Part shown: positions 56,101-64,000 of the stretch, piece after piece | Layout: each line of letters starts with the position of its first letter | How positions within the stretch are numbered: position 1 is the stretch's first letter | NCBI GenBank assembly: GCA_036149055.1 | Contig: JAYZQJ010000007.1 | Coordinates: forward strand, 32,001-96,000 | Reading direction: 5' to 3' | DNA from: Myxococcota bacterium | GTDB taxonomy: Bacteria > Myxococcota_A > Polyangia > Polyangiales > Sandaracinaceae | Length of the DNA: 64,000 nucleotides | Notes under the pieces: model-generated | The model's input: only the letters and a program-made list of their open reading frames with translations | Databases searched by the model: none | Told to the model about the DNA's origin: nothing | Position numbers and translations under genes: made by a program

Positions 56101-57735
56101 ATGACACGATACGTGACGTGGTTCATGGCGCTCACCCTGCTGGGATGCGCGCCCACCCTCACCCCGGACGGCGACGACGCCGGGGTGATCGACTCCGGCC
56201 CGTGGACCGGCGGGGACATCCCGCCGTCGAGCGGCAGCTTCACCCACTCCGTCGCGGACGGCGTCGTGACCACGGTGGTGGACGCGACGAGCGCCACGGA
56301 CTGGCAGCACCTCGACATGGACAGCGGCCACTCGGTCGAGCCGAGCGAGGGCTGGGAGCTGGCCTTCTCGCGTTTCCGCGTGCGCATCAACGGCGGGACC
56401 ACCGGGAGCGGGGGGGTGCAGGTCGCGGCGCTCGACGGCGTCGCCTGGGACGACGTGACCCGGGCGCCCGAGGAGGGCTGGACCGTCCCCGGGCCCGACG
56501 GTGAGGTCGACGACGACACCGAGCCCGACAACGTGTTCAACGACGGCGAGCGCGACTGGTACGACTACGACGTCGAGACGCACACGCTGACCCCCCGTGA
56601 CGTGACCTACGTCGTGGCCTCGACCGAGGGGGCCTTCTTCAAGCTGCGCTTCGAGGCCTACTACGACGACGCGGGCTCACCCGCGGTGGTGCGCTTCCGC
56701 TGGGCCCCGGTCGCGGCGCCCGCCTCGATGCTGCCCGACGCGGGCACGGGCGGCCCGGTCGACGGCGGCGTCGCTCCCGACTCCGGCACCGAGCCGCTGC
56801 CCGACCACGCCATCACGGTGAACGCCGGCGACGGCGCGGCGTGGGTCTACGTCAGCGCGACCGAGGGCGTCGTCACGCCCGCCGACCCCGAGAACGACCC
56901 GAGCTGGGACATCGCGTTGCGTCGCACCGAGGTCCGCACCAACTCCGGCACCAGCGGGGTCGGCCTGGCCGGCGCCCGGATCGACGGCTCGGGCCTCGCG
57001 TTCGACGCGCTGACGGACGCCTCGACGTTCGGCTTCGTGGTGGACGAGGTGGTCGACACCGGCCGGCCCGGCACCGAGCCGACCAGCCTCAGCCCCGTGC
57101 TCACCGACTGGTACGACTACGATCCGGCCACCCACAGCGTGGCGCCGAGCGACCTCACCTTCGTCGTGCGCACCGGGGTCGGCGGCTACGCGAAGCTCCG
57201 CATCTGGGGCTGGGACGACGGCACGTACCAGCTCTCGCTCGTGCCGATCGAGCGGCGTGTCGAGCGCCTGGAGCTCGACGTCGACGCGACGAGCAGCGAC
57301 GCGTGGACCTACCTGAGCCTGCGCGACGGCGCGCTCGTGACGGTGATGGACCCGAGCGCCGAGACGCACTGGGACCTCGGGATCTCGCGCACCCGGTTCC
57401 GCACCAACTCCGGCACGAGCGGCGGAGGCATGGGCGCCGCGGTGGAGACCCCCGTCGACACGATCGCCGCGCTCGGCGACGCGCCGACCGAGGGCTGGAC
57501 CCCCGACGAGACCATCACGCCGGCCCGCCCCGGCGCCGAGCCCTACAGCGCCAACCCGGTGCTCGAGGGCTGGTACGACTACGACCCGGCGACCCACGTC
57601 GTGTCGCCCCGCCCGGTGGTCTACGCCGTGCGCACCGCGGACGGACACGTCGGCGCCCTGCGCATCCTCAGCTACGCGAGCGGCACCTACCGCGTCGCGA
57701 TCGCCTTCGCTGGACCCGGACGTACTTCCTTCTGA
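56101..57735 (+). CDS. lipoprotein with three tandem HmuY domains
   Basis: LLGC lipobox; three repeats of W(E/D)(L/I)..(S/R)R....N(G/S)GT.G followed by WYDYD..TH. Confidence 0.85.
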   Translation: MTRYVTWFMALTLLGCAPTLTPDGDDAGVIDSGPWTGGDIPPSSGSFTHSVADGVVTTVVDATSATDWQHLDMDSGHSVEPSEGWELAFSRFRVRINGGTTGSGGVQVAALDGVAWDDVTRAPEEGWTVPGPDGEVDDDTEPDNVFNDGERDWYDYDVETHTLTPRDVTYVVASTEGAFFKLRFEAYYDDAGSPAVVRFRWAPVAAPASMLPDAGTGGPVDGGVAPDSGTEPLPDHAITVNAGDGAAWVYVSATEGVVTPADPENDPSWDIALRRTEVRTNSGTSGVGLAGARIDGSGLAFDALTDASTFGFVVDEVVDTGRPGTEPTSLSPVLTDWYDYDPATHSVAPSDLTFVVRTGVGGYAKLRIWGWDDGTYQLSLVPIERRVERLELDVDATSSDAWTYLSLRDGALVTVMDPSAETHWDLGISRTRFRTNSGTSGGGMGAAVETPVDTIAALGDAPTEGWTPDETITPARPGAEPYSANPVLEGWYDYDPATHVVSPRPVVYAVRTADGHVGALRILSYASGTYRVAIAFAGPGRTSF

Positions 57736-57748
57736 AAGGGACAGGATC

Positions 57749-59740
57749 ATGCGCGCTCGAATTCTCATCGCACTCCTCCTGACCGCCTGCGGGAGCGCCT
57801 CGGCGCCGCCCGTCCAGTCCGCCGACGACTCGGCGGGCGTGAGCGAGGCGCCCCCGGCGCCGCCCGGCGACGACGGCGTCGACGTCGAGGCGGGGCTCTT
57901 GCCGCCGATGCCGGTGGCCGTGACCAGCTTCGGGGCGGCCGTCTCCGGCGACCACCTCTACGTGCTCGGCGGCCACCACGGCACGCCTCACCAGTACTCG
58001 CGGGAGGGGCAGTCGCGCTCGCTGTGGCGCGTCCCGCTCGTCGGCGGCGAGTGGGAGCAGGCCGGGCACATCGAGCACGGCCTCCAGGGCCTCGCGCTCG
58101 TCGCCCACGACGGAGTGGTCTGCCGCTTCGGCGGCAACCGCATCCTCAACCCCGCGGGCGAGCCGGCGAACATGCGCTCGGTGGACGACGCCGCCTGCTT
58201 CTCGCCGGCGACGAACGAGTGGACGGCGCTGCCGGAGCTGCCCGCGGGCCGCTCGTCGCACGAGGCGGCGGTGATCGGAGAGGTCGCCTACGTCGCGGGC
58301 GGATGGCAGCTCGACGACGGCGGTCCGACCGACGCGACCTGGGCCGAGGACGTGCTCGCCCTCGACCTGCACGGAGGAGATCGGGAGTGGCGCCGCATCG
58401 AGGCCCCCTTCCGGCGCCGCGCCGTGGGCGTGGCCAGCGCCGCCGGCAAGCTCGTCGTGCTCGGCGGCCTGACCCCGGAGCGCGAGGTCTCGCGTCAGGT
58501 GGACGTGCTCGACCCGGCCACCGGCGAGTGGAGCCGCGGTCCCGACTTCCCGAGCGACGCGTTCGGCGCCGCGGCGGTCGGCGTGGGCGACCGCGTCTAC
58601 GCCTCGGCGCGCGACGGCGTCGTCTACGCCTGGCAGGTGGGCAGCGAGGCGTGGGCCCCGGCCGCGTCGCTCGCGTTCCCGCGCTTCTTCCACCAGCTCC
58701 GGCCCGCGGCCGACGGGGAGCTGATCGCGGTCGGCGGCATCAGCGGCATGCACACCGCGGGGCGGACCCGGCACGTGGAGCGCGTCGCCCTCGACGCCAC
58801 CGCGCCGCAGCTCCTCACCTGGACCGCGAACTACCCGGGCGCGGCGAAGAACCGGCAGGCGGCGTTCGTGAACGACGACTACCTCTACCTCTTCGGCGGC
58901 AACAACAGCCTCGGCCAGCACGACTTCGAGCCGGAGAACTTCGTCTCGGACGGCTGGCGGCTGCACCTCCCGTCGATGACCTGGGAGTCGATCGCCCCCT
59001 ACCCCGCGAACCGCCAGACCATGCAGACCGTCACCCTCGGCGGCCAGGGCGTCGCGGTCGGCGGCTTCGGCCACGACGGCGAGGCGGCGGTGACCCATCC
59101 GCAGGCGTTCGCCTTCGACTTCGCGTCCGGCCAGTGGTCCGAGCGCGGGGGCCTGCCCCGGGGGCGCACCCAGTTCGGGCTCGTGAGCCACGGCGAGCGC
59201 CTCTGGATCTTCGGAGGCCTCAACTACGATCCGTCGCGAGAGGGTCAGGCGGCCTTCGATCACGTGACCGGCTCGCTGGCCACGCCCGAGGGCGAGCCCG
59301 GTGGCGCCTTCGCGGACGCCTCGGTCGAGCTCCCCGGCCCCCGCCGCGCGTTCGCGGGCGCCGCGCTCGAGGGCCGCTACTACATCGTCGGCGGCATGCA
59401 GGAGGGCTTCCAGCTCGTCGACGACTGCCTCGTCCACGACTTCGACTCGGGCGACTTCGCGCCGATCGCCTGCCCGCGCCGCACGCGGCTGAGCGGCCAC
59501 CTCATCCCCCTCGAGGGCAAGCTCTACCTGCTCGGCGGCTCGTACCGCGGCGACGACAGCATGGAGACCGATCGCTCGGTCGAGGTCTACGACCCGGCCA
59601 CGAACACGTGGGAGGTCCTGGTGGAGGAGCTCCCCTTCGACACCCGGCACATGCACGCGCTCGCCTACCGCGATCGCATCCTGATGTTCAGCACCCACAC
59701 CGAGGACCCGAGGGCCCGGGTCGCGCTCCTGGCGCCCTGA
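57749..59740 (+). CDS. Kelch-repeat (likely double propeller) lipoprotein
   Basis: LTAC lipobox; many LYVLGG / YIVGG...W repeats. Confidence 0.85.
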   Translation: MRARILIALLLTACGSASAPPVQSADDSAGVSEAPPAPPGDDGVDVEAGLLPPMPVAVTSFGAAVSGDHLYVLGGHHGTPHQYSREGQSRSLWRVPLVGGEWEQAGHIEHGLQGLALVAHDGVVCRFGGNRILNPAGEPANMRSVDDAACFSPATNEWTALPELPAGRSSHEAAVIGEVAYVAGGWQLDDGGPTDATWAEDVLALDLHGGDREWRRIEAPFRRRAVGVASAAGKLVVLGGLTPEREVSRQVDVLDPATGEWSRGPDFPSDAFGAAAVGVGDRVYASARDGVVYAWQVGSEAWAPAASLAFPRFFHQLRPAADGELIAVGGISGMHTAGRTRHVERVALDATAPQLLTWTANYPGAAKNRQAAFVNDDYLYLFGGNNSLGQHDFEPENFVSDGWRLHLPSMTWESIAPYPANRQTMQTVTLGGQGVAVGGFGHDGEAAVTHPQAFAFDFASGQWSERGGLPRGRTQFGLVSHGERLWIFGGLNYDPSREGQAAFDHVTGSLATPEGEPGGAFADASVELPGPRRAFAGAALEGRYYIVGGMQEGFQLVDDCLVHDFDSGDFAPIACPRRTRLSGHLIPLEGKLYLLGGSYRGDDSMETDRSVEVYDPATNTWEVLVEELPFDTRHMHALAYRDRILMFSTHTEDPRARVALLAP

Positions 59741-59748
59741 GCGTCAGC

Positions 59749-61185
59749 TCACCAAGGGACCGGGCGGTAGTCCTTCAGGAAGAGCCCGTAGGGGTGCTCC
59801 CCGGTGAGGAAGCCCTCGAAGATCGGGTCGACGATCCGGGCCGCGCCGTCGACGATGTCGAGCGGGGGGTGGAAGCCGTGCACCTCGGTCTTCCTCGTCG
59901 CGATCGCGGCCGGGTCCTCGTCGGTCACCCACCCGGTGTCCACGCTGTTCATGTGGATGCCGTCGGCGAGGTAATCGGAGGCGGAGGTGCGCGTCATCAT
60001 GTTGAGCGCGGCCTTCGCCATGTTCGTGTGAGGGTGCCGGTCGGTCTTGAAGCGGCGGTAGAACTGCCCCTCCATCGCGCTGACGTTGACGATGTGCTTG
60101 TCGCGCCCGGGCGTGCGTCGCATCAGGTCGCGCAGCCGCGCGTTGATCACGTAGGGCGCCACCGCGTTGACGAGCTGCACCTCGAGGAGCTCCACCGTCG
60201 GAACCTCGTCGAGCGCGAGCCGCCAGGAGTTGCGTCCGCGGAGATCGACCTGCTGCCCGTCCGCGTCGAGCTGGTTCGCGGGGAAGAGGCGGAGATCGCG
60301 GCCGAGGTCTTCGGGCAGCAGCGCGCTCTGGGAGAGCGCCGCCGAGTCCGGGAGATCGGCCTCGGCGCGGACCTCGACGAGCGAGCGCGCCTCCGGGGGC
60401 AGGGCCTTCGCCTCCTCGCCCTGCATCAGGTGGCGATAGAAGCCCGCGGGGCGACGCACCGTCTGGCACGCGTTGTTGAGGATGAAGTCGAGGCGATCGC
60501 GGGTCTCGTTCACGTGCGCGCAGAAGCGCTCCACGCTCGGCGTGTGCCGGAGGTCGAGCCCGTAGACCGCGAGGCGATCGCGCCAGTCCTCGAAGTCGAC
60601 CTCGCGCGCGTAGCGAGCGGCGGCGTCGTGCGGGAAGCGCGTGGTCACGATCACCGAGGCGCCGGCCCGGAGCAGCTTGATGGCCGCCTGGTAGCCGATC
60701 TTCACGCGTGAGCCGGTCACGATCGCGACCCGCCCCGAGAGATCGGCCGACCGCGTGCGGCGCTCGTAGTTGAGGTCGCCGCAGGGGATGCACATCTGGT
60801 CGTAGAAGTGGTGGACCTCGCGGAAGGTCCGCTTGCAGATGTAGCACTTCCGGTCTTCGCTCAGCTCCGGCGCGTCGCCCTCGGGCAGCGGCGGCGGGAG
60901 CGCGGGGGGCGTCTCGTAGAGCGCGGCCGTCCGGGCCCGACGGATCCCGGTGCTGCGCAGCACCGCCTCGTCGCGCGCCTTCGCGGCCAGCTTCTTCTTT
61001 CGCCGCCGCGCCTTGGCCGCCGCGCGCAGCTCGGACTTCAGCGGGAGCGTCACCCGCCCGGCCGCCTCGAGCAGCGCCCTCCGCGCGTCCTCGGGGAGCA
61101 CGTCGAGCAGCGTGCGATCCTCGGCGATCGCCTCCAGCGTCTCCCGGCACGCCTCGAGCTTCCCGGCGATGTCGTCTCGACTCAC
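59749..61185 (-). CDS. atypical SDR oxidoreductase with an N-terminal Zn-finger
   Basis: CYIC...CIPC, TGSRVKIG, NNA, NVSAMEG, HTNMAK, VDTGW. Confidence 0.88.
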   Translation of the reverse strand: MSRDDIAGKLEACRETLEAIAEDRTLLDVLPEDARRALLEAAGRVTLPLKSELRAAAKARRRKKKLAAKARDEAVLRSTGIRRARTAALYETPPALPPPLPEGDAPELSEDRKCYICKRTFREVHHFYDQMCIPCGDLNYERRTRSADLSGRVAIVTGSRVKIGYQAAIKLLRAGASVIVTTRFPHDAAARYAREVDFEDWRDRLAVYGLDLRHTPSVERFCAHVNETRDRLDFILNNACQTVRRPAGFYRHLMQGEEAKALPPEARSLVEVRAEADLPDSAALSQSALLPEDLGRDLRLFPANQLDADGQQVDLRGRNSWRLALDEVPTVELLEVQLVNAVAPYVINARLRDLMRRTPGRDKHIVNVSAMEGQFYRRFKTDRHPHTNMAKAALNMMTRTSASDYLADGIHMNSVDTGWVTDEDPAAIATRKTEVHGFHPPLDIVDGAARIVDPIFEGFLTGEHPYGLFLKDYRPVPW

Positions 61186-62027
61186 GCGGGGGGCATAGCG
61201 TCGAGAGCGGCGGCGCGCATGATCTCGACCGGCGCCTCCCGCCCCGTCCACCGCTCCAGCGCGAGCGCCGCCTGCCAGACGAGCATGCCGAGGCCGTCGA
61301 CCGCGCGGAGGCCGAGGCGCCGGGCCCGGGCCAGCGCGGCGGTCTCGAGCGGGGCGTAGACGAGGTCGACGACCACCGCGCCGGAGCCGAGCGACTCGAG
61401 CGGGAGCGCGGCCGCGAAGCCCTCGGGATCGGCGGCGCTCTCCAGGGTCGCGCTGGTGGCCTGCACGAGCAGATCGGCCTCGCCCTCGAGCGGGCCGTGA
61501 GAGAGGCGGGCGCCCGCGAGGGGCTCGAGGTCCGCCACCAGGGCCTCCGCCTGCGCCGGCCGACGCGCGTGCACGCGGATGGAGGCCGCGCCCGCCTCGG
61601 CGAGCCCGGCCACCGCCGCCCGCGCCGCGCCGCCCGCGCCGACCACCCACACCCTCCGCCCGGCGAGCGCGACGCCGGCGTCCTCCAGGGAGCGCACGAG
61701 CCCCGGCGCGTCGGTGTTGGAGCCGACCAGCGCGTCCCCCTCCCGCGCGATCGTGTTCACCGCGCCGATCGCCGCCGCCGCCGGCTCCACGCGATCGAGG
61801 TGCGCCATCACCGCGCGCTTGTGGGGCACGGTGACGTTGGCCCCGAGCGCGCCGAGGGCCCGGAGCCCCTCGACCGCGGCGCCGAGCGCCTCCGGGCGCA
61901 CGTCGAACGCGAGGTAGCGCGCGTCGACGCCCAGGGCCGCGAGCGCGGCGGCGTGGATCGCGGGCGAGCGGGAGTGCGCGACCGGGTGCCCCAGGAGGGC
62001 CAGCAGACGGGTGGCCGCGGTGCTCAC
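61182..62027 (-). CDS. aroE: shikimate dehydrogenase
   Basis: GHPVAHSRSP, NVTVPHK, GAVNT, NTD, GAGGAA, DLVY, DGLGMLVWQA. Confidence 0.95.
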   Translation of the reverse strand: MSTAATRLLALLGHPVAHSRSPAIHAAALAALGVDARYLAFDVRPEALGAAVEGLRALGALGANVTVPHKRAVMAHLDRVEPAAAAIGAVNTIAREGDALVGSNTDAPGLVRSLEDAGVALAGRRVWVVGAGGAARAAVAGLAEAGAASIRVHARRPAQAEALVADLEPLAGARLSHGPLEGEADLLVQATSATLESAADPEGFAAALPLESLGSGAVVVDLVYAPLETAALARARRLGLRAVDGLGMLVWQAALALERWTGREAPVEIMRAAALDAMPPA

Positions 62028-63517
62028 TCCGCATCTCCCGGCCGCGAGTCGATCACCTCGGCCTCGAGTTCGCCGCGCGCGAGCCGGACCCGGACGCGGT
62101 CGCCGGCCGCCACCTCGCCCGCGTCGAGGAGGGCCCGGCCGGTCTCGGCCGAGAGCGCGATGGCGTAGCCGCGCTGCAGGACCTCGAGCGGAGAGAGCGC
62201 CGAGAGCCGGCCCACCACCGCCGCGAGCCGCGCCCGATCCGCCGAGACCCGAGGCGTCATCAGGCGGCGGAGCGACTGGTCGAGGCTCTCGAGGGCGCGG
62301 CGCCGGCGCTCGACGAGGGGCGGCGCGGCGGCGGCGACCGCGGCCGCCTGCTCGTCCAGCGCGCGGCGCCGGGCGGCCAGCGAGGGCGGCAGCGCGCGCC
62401 CCAGCCGGGCGACCAGGGCGTCGAAGCGAGCGCGGTCGCGGCCGAGGGAGGCGCGCGGATCGCGGCGGTGCAGCCGGTGCTGGAGGTGCACGTGGCGCTG
62501 CCGGCCGCGCGCGATCTGCGCCTCGACCGACCGCTCCAGAGACGCCCGGGCCACGTGCAGCCGATGCGCGATCTGCTCGAGGGCGCGCGAGGGGTCCGCC
62601 ACCCGGTGCCCGAGGCGCTCGAAGGCGTGTCGGCGCCGGCCGAGCGCGGCGTCCATCGCCTGCTCCAGCTGGCGCGTGCGGGCCCGGAGCTCCCGCTCGA
62701 GCGCCTCGCGGTCGGGCACGACGAGCTCCGCCGCGTTCGACGGCGTGGCGGCGCGCACGTCGGCCACCAGATCCACGACGCAGGCGTCGACCTCGTGCCC
62801 CACGCCGCTGACCAGCGGGACCGGGCAGGCCGCCGCCGCCCGGGCGACAGACTCTTCGTCGAACGCGCTCAGGTCCACGCTCGCGCCGCCGCCGCGGGTC
62901 AGGATGACCACCTCGAGGTCGGGGACCTGCCCGATCGCCTGGAGCGCGCGCACGATGGAGACGGGCGCGTCGGGGCCCTGGACCTGACAGTGGGCCACGA
63001 CGATGCGCACCGGGGCGCGGCCGCGGGCGACCCGGATCACGTCGTGGAGCGCGGCCCCTCGGCGGCTGGTGACCACGCCGATGACCCGAGGGTAGATGGG
63101 CAAGGGGCGTTTCCGCGAAGCGGCGAAGAGGCCTTCGGCGTGCAGCTTCTTCTTGAGCCGCTCCACTCGCTCGCGGCGGTCCCCTTCGCCCACCGGCAGC
63201 GCGAGCCGAGCGACCAGCTGGAAGCCGCCCCGCGGCTCGTAGAGCGAGAAGCTCGCCTGGAGCCGCACCAGCTCGCCTTGCCGGAGCTGGGCCCGGCTGT
63301 GCGCGACCTCGGTGCGAAACATGATGACGCGGATGCGCGCCTCGGCCTGGGGATCGCAGAGCGTGAAGTGGAAGTGCCCGGTGGCGCCGCGGTTGACGTC
63401 GGTGATCTCTCCCTCGACCCACACCGTGCCCCAGCGCTCGAGCTTCTTGCGCGCGAAGTGGTTGAGGTCGCGCACGCGGAGCACGCGGGGTTTGCCGTCC
63501 GACACGAGCGCGAACAT
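62024..63517 (-). CDS. xseA: exodeoxyribonuclease VII large subunit
   Basis: VWVEGEI, GHFHFTL, GAALHD, RGGG, SGVGHE, ATPSNAAE, LQRGYA. Confidence 0.95.
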   Translation of the reverse strand: MFALVSDGKPRVLRVRDLNHFARKKLERWGTVWVEGEITDVNRGATGHFHFTLCDPQAEARIRVIMFRTEVAHSRAQLRQGELVRLQASFSLYEPRGGFQLVARLALPVGEGDRRERVERLKKKLHAEGLFAASRKRPLPIYPRVIGVVTSRRGAALHDVIRVARGRAPVRIVVAHCQVQGPDAPVSIVRALQAIGQVPDLEVVILTRGGGASVDLSAFDEESVARAAAACPVPLVSGVGHEVDACVVDLVADVRAATPSNAAELVVPDREALERELRARTRQLEQAMDAALGRRRHAFERLGHRVADPSRALEQIAHRLHVARASLERSVEAQIARGRQRHVHLQHRLHRRDPRASLGRDRARFDALVARLGRALPPSLAARRRALDEQAAAVAAAAPPLVERRRRALESLDQSLRRLMTPRVSADRARLAAVVGRLSALSPLEVLQRGYAIALSAETGRALLDAGEVAAGDRVRVRLARGELEAEVIDSRPGDAE

Positions 63518-63539
63518 AGCAGCCGTGCCAGGGTGGGGG

Positions 63540-64000
63540 ATGCCGGCCGCGATCATCGGCCTCGGGTCGAATCTGGGATCTCGCGAGGCGCTGCTCCGAG
63601 CCGCGATCCGCTCGCTCGACACCCACCCCGGCATCGAGGTCGCGGCCCAGTCCAAGCTCTACCGCAGCCCGGCCATGCTCCCGGACGGCGGCGGCCCGCA
63701 GCCCGACCACCTGAACGCCGCGGTTCGGCTCGAGGTCGCGCTCTCCCCCCGCGCGCTGCTGACCGTGCTCCACCGGGTCGAGCAGCGCTTCGGTCGAGAG
63801 CGTCGGGAGCGCTGGGGCCCGCGGACCCTGGACCTCGACCTGCTCCACTGGAGCGAAGGCGAGATCGAGGAGGAGGGCCTGACCGTCCCTCACCCGGGGC
63901 TGGAGGCGAGGCCGTTCGCGCTCGCGCCGCTCCTGGACGTCGCGCCGGAGCTCGAGCCGCGGTACGGCGCCGTGCTCGCCGGGCTGGACAGCCCCCTGGA
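63540..64000 (+). CDS. folK: HPPK (FolK), 3' end beyond the window; missing from the ORF track
   Basis: MPAAIIGLGSNLG...LNAA...RWGPRTLDLDLL...LTVPHP. Confidence 0.93.
   Translation, partial: MPAAIIGLGSNLGSREALLRAAIRSLDTHPGIEVAAQSKLYRSPAMLPDGGGPQPDHLNAAVRLEVALSPRALLTVLHRVEQRFGRERRERWGPRTLDLDLLHWSEGEIEEEGLTVPHPGLEARPFALAPLLDVAPELEPRYGAVLAGLDSPL

Noticed and set aside
54433..57735. 1100-aa ORF suggesting a receptor-HmuY fusion or frameshift
   Set aside because: The first 556 codons are off-frame read-through of the receptor. The receptor has its own stop at 56092 and the HmuY protein has its own ATG and lipobox at 56101.

Overview
GC-rich DNA that looks myxobacterial (Polyangiales/Sandaracinaceae-like). 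This is inferred from MYXO-CTERM tails, Cys-rich lipoproteins with DAG/DSG linkers, sigma54 promoters and a Ser/Thr kinase. Bases 1-4340 are a lower-GC run of co-oriented orphan genes. The rest is core or auxiliary genome: an EF-G paralogue, GH1, EVE, thioredoxin, a Crp + class II phosphodiesterase pair, ychF, lgt, aroE, xseA and folK. Five things stand out. (1) A tonB-exbB-exbD-exbD-TonB receptor-beta-helix lipoprotein operon has a Pho box upstream and runs into phoU, facing phoBR. (2) A Fur-box-controlled cluster joins two surface-anchored proteases with a single HmuY, a triple-HmuY protein, a TonB receptor and a Kelch lipoprotein, suggesting heme capture from prey. (3) An unannotated ~340-nt structured minus-strand transcript at 22400-22741 carries a 23-codon ORF whose Shine-Dalgarno can be sequestered. 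(4) A uORF and alternative-hairpin leader precedes the EF-G paralogue. (5) Two surface lipoproteins share an N-terminal module but have different C-termini. I saw no tRNA, rRNA, CRISPR array, transposase or integrase. All family calls are by-eye motif recognition with no database search, and many starts were moved from the supplied ORF track.
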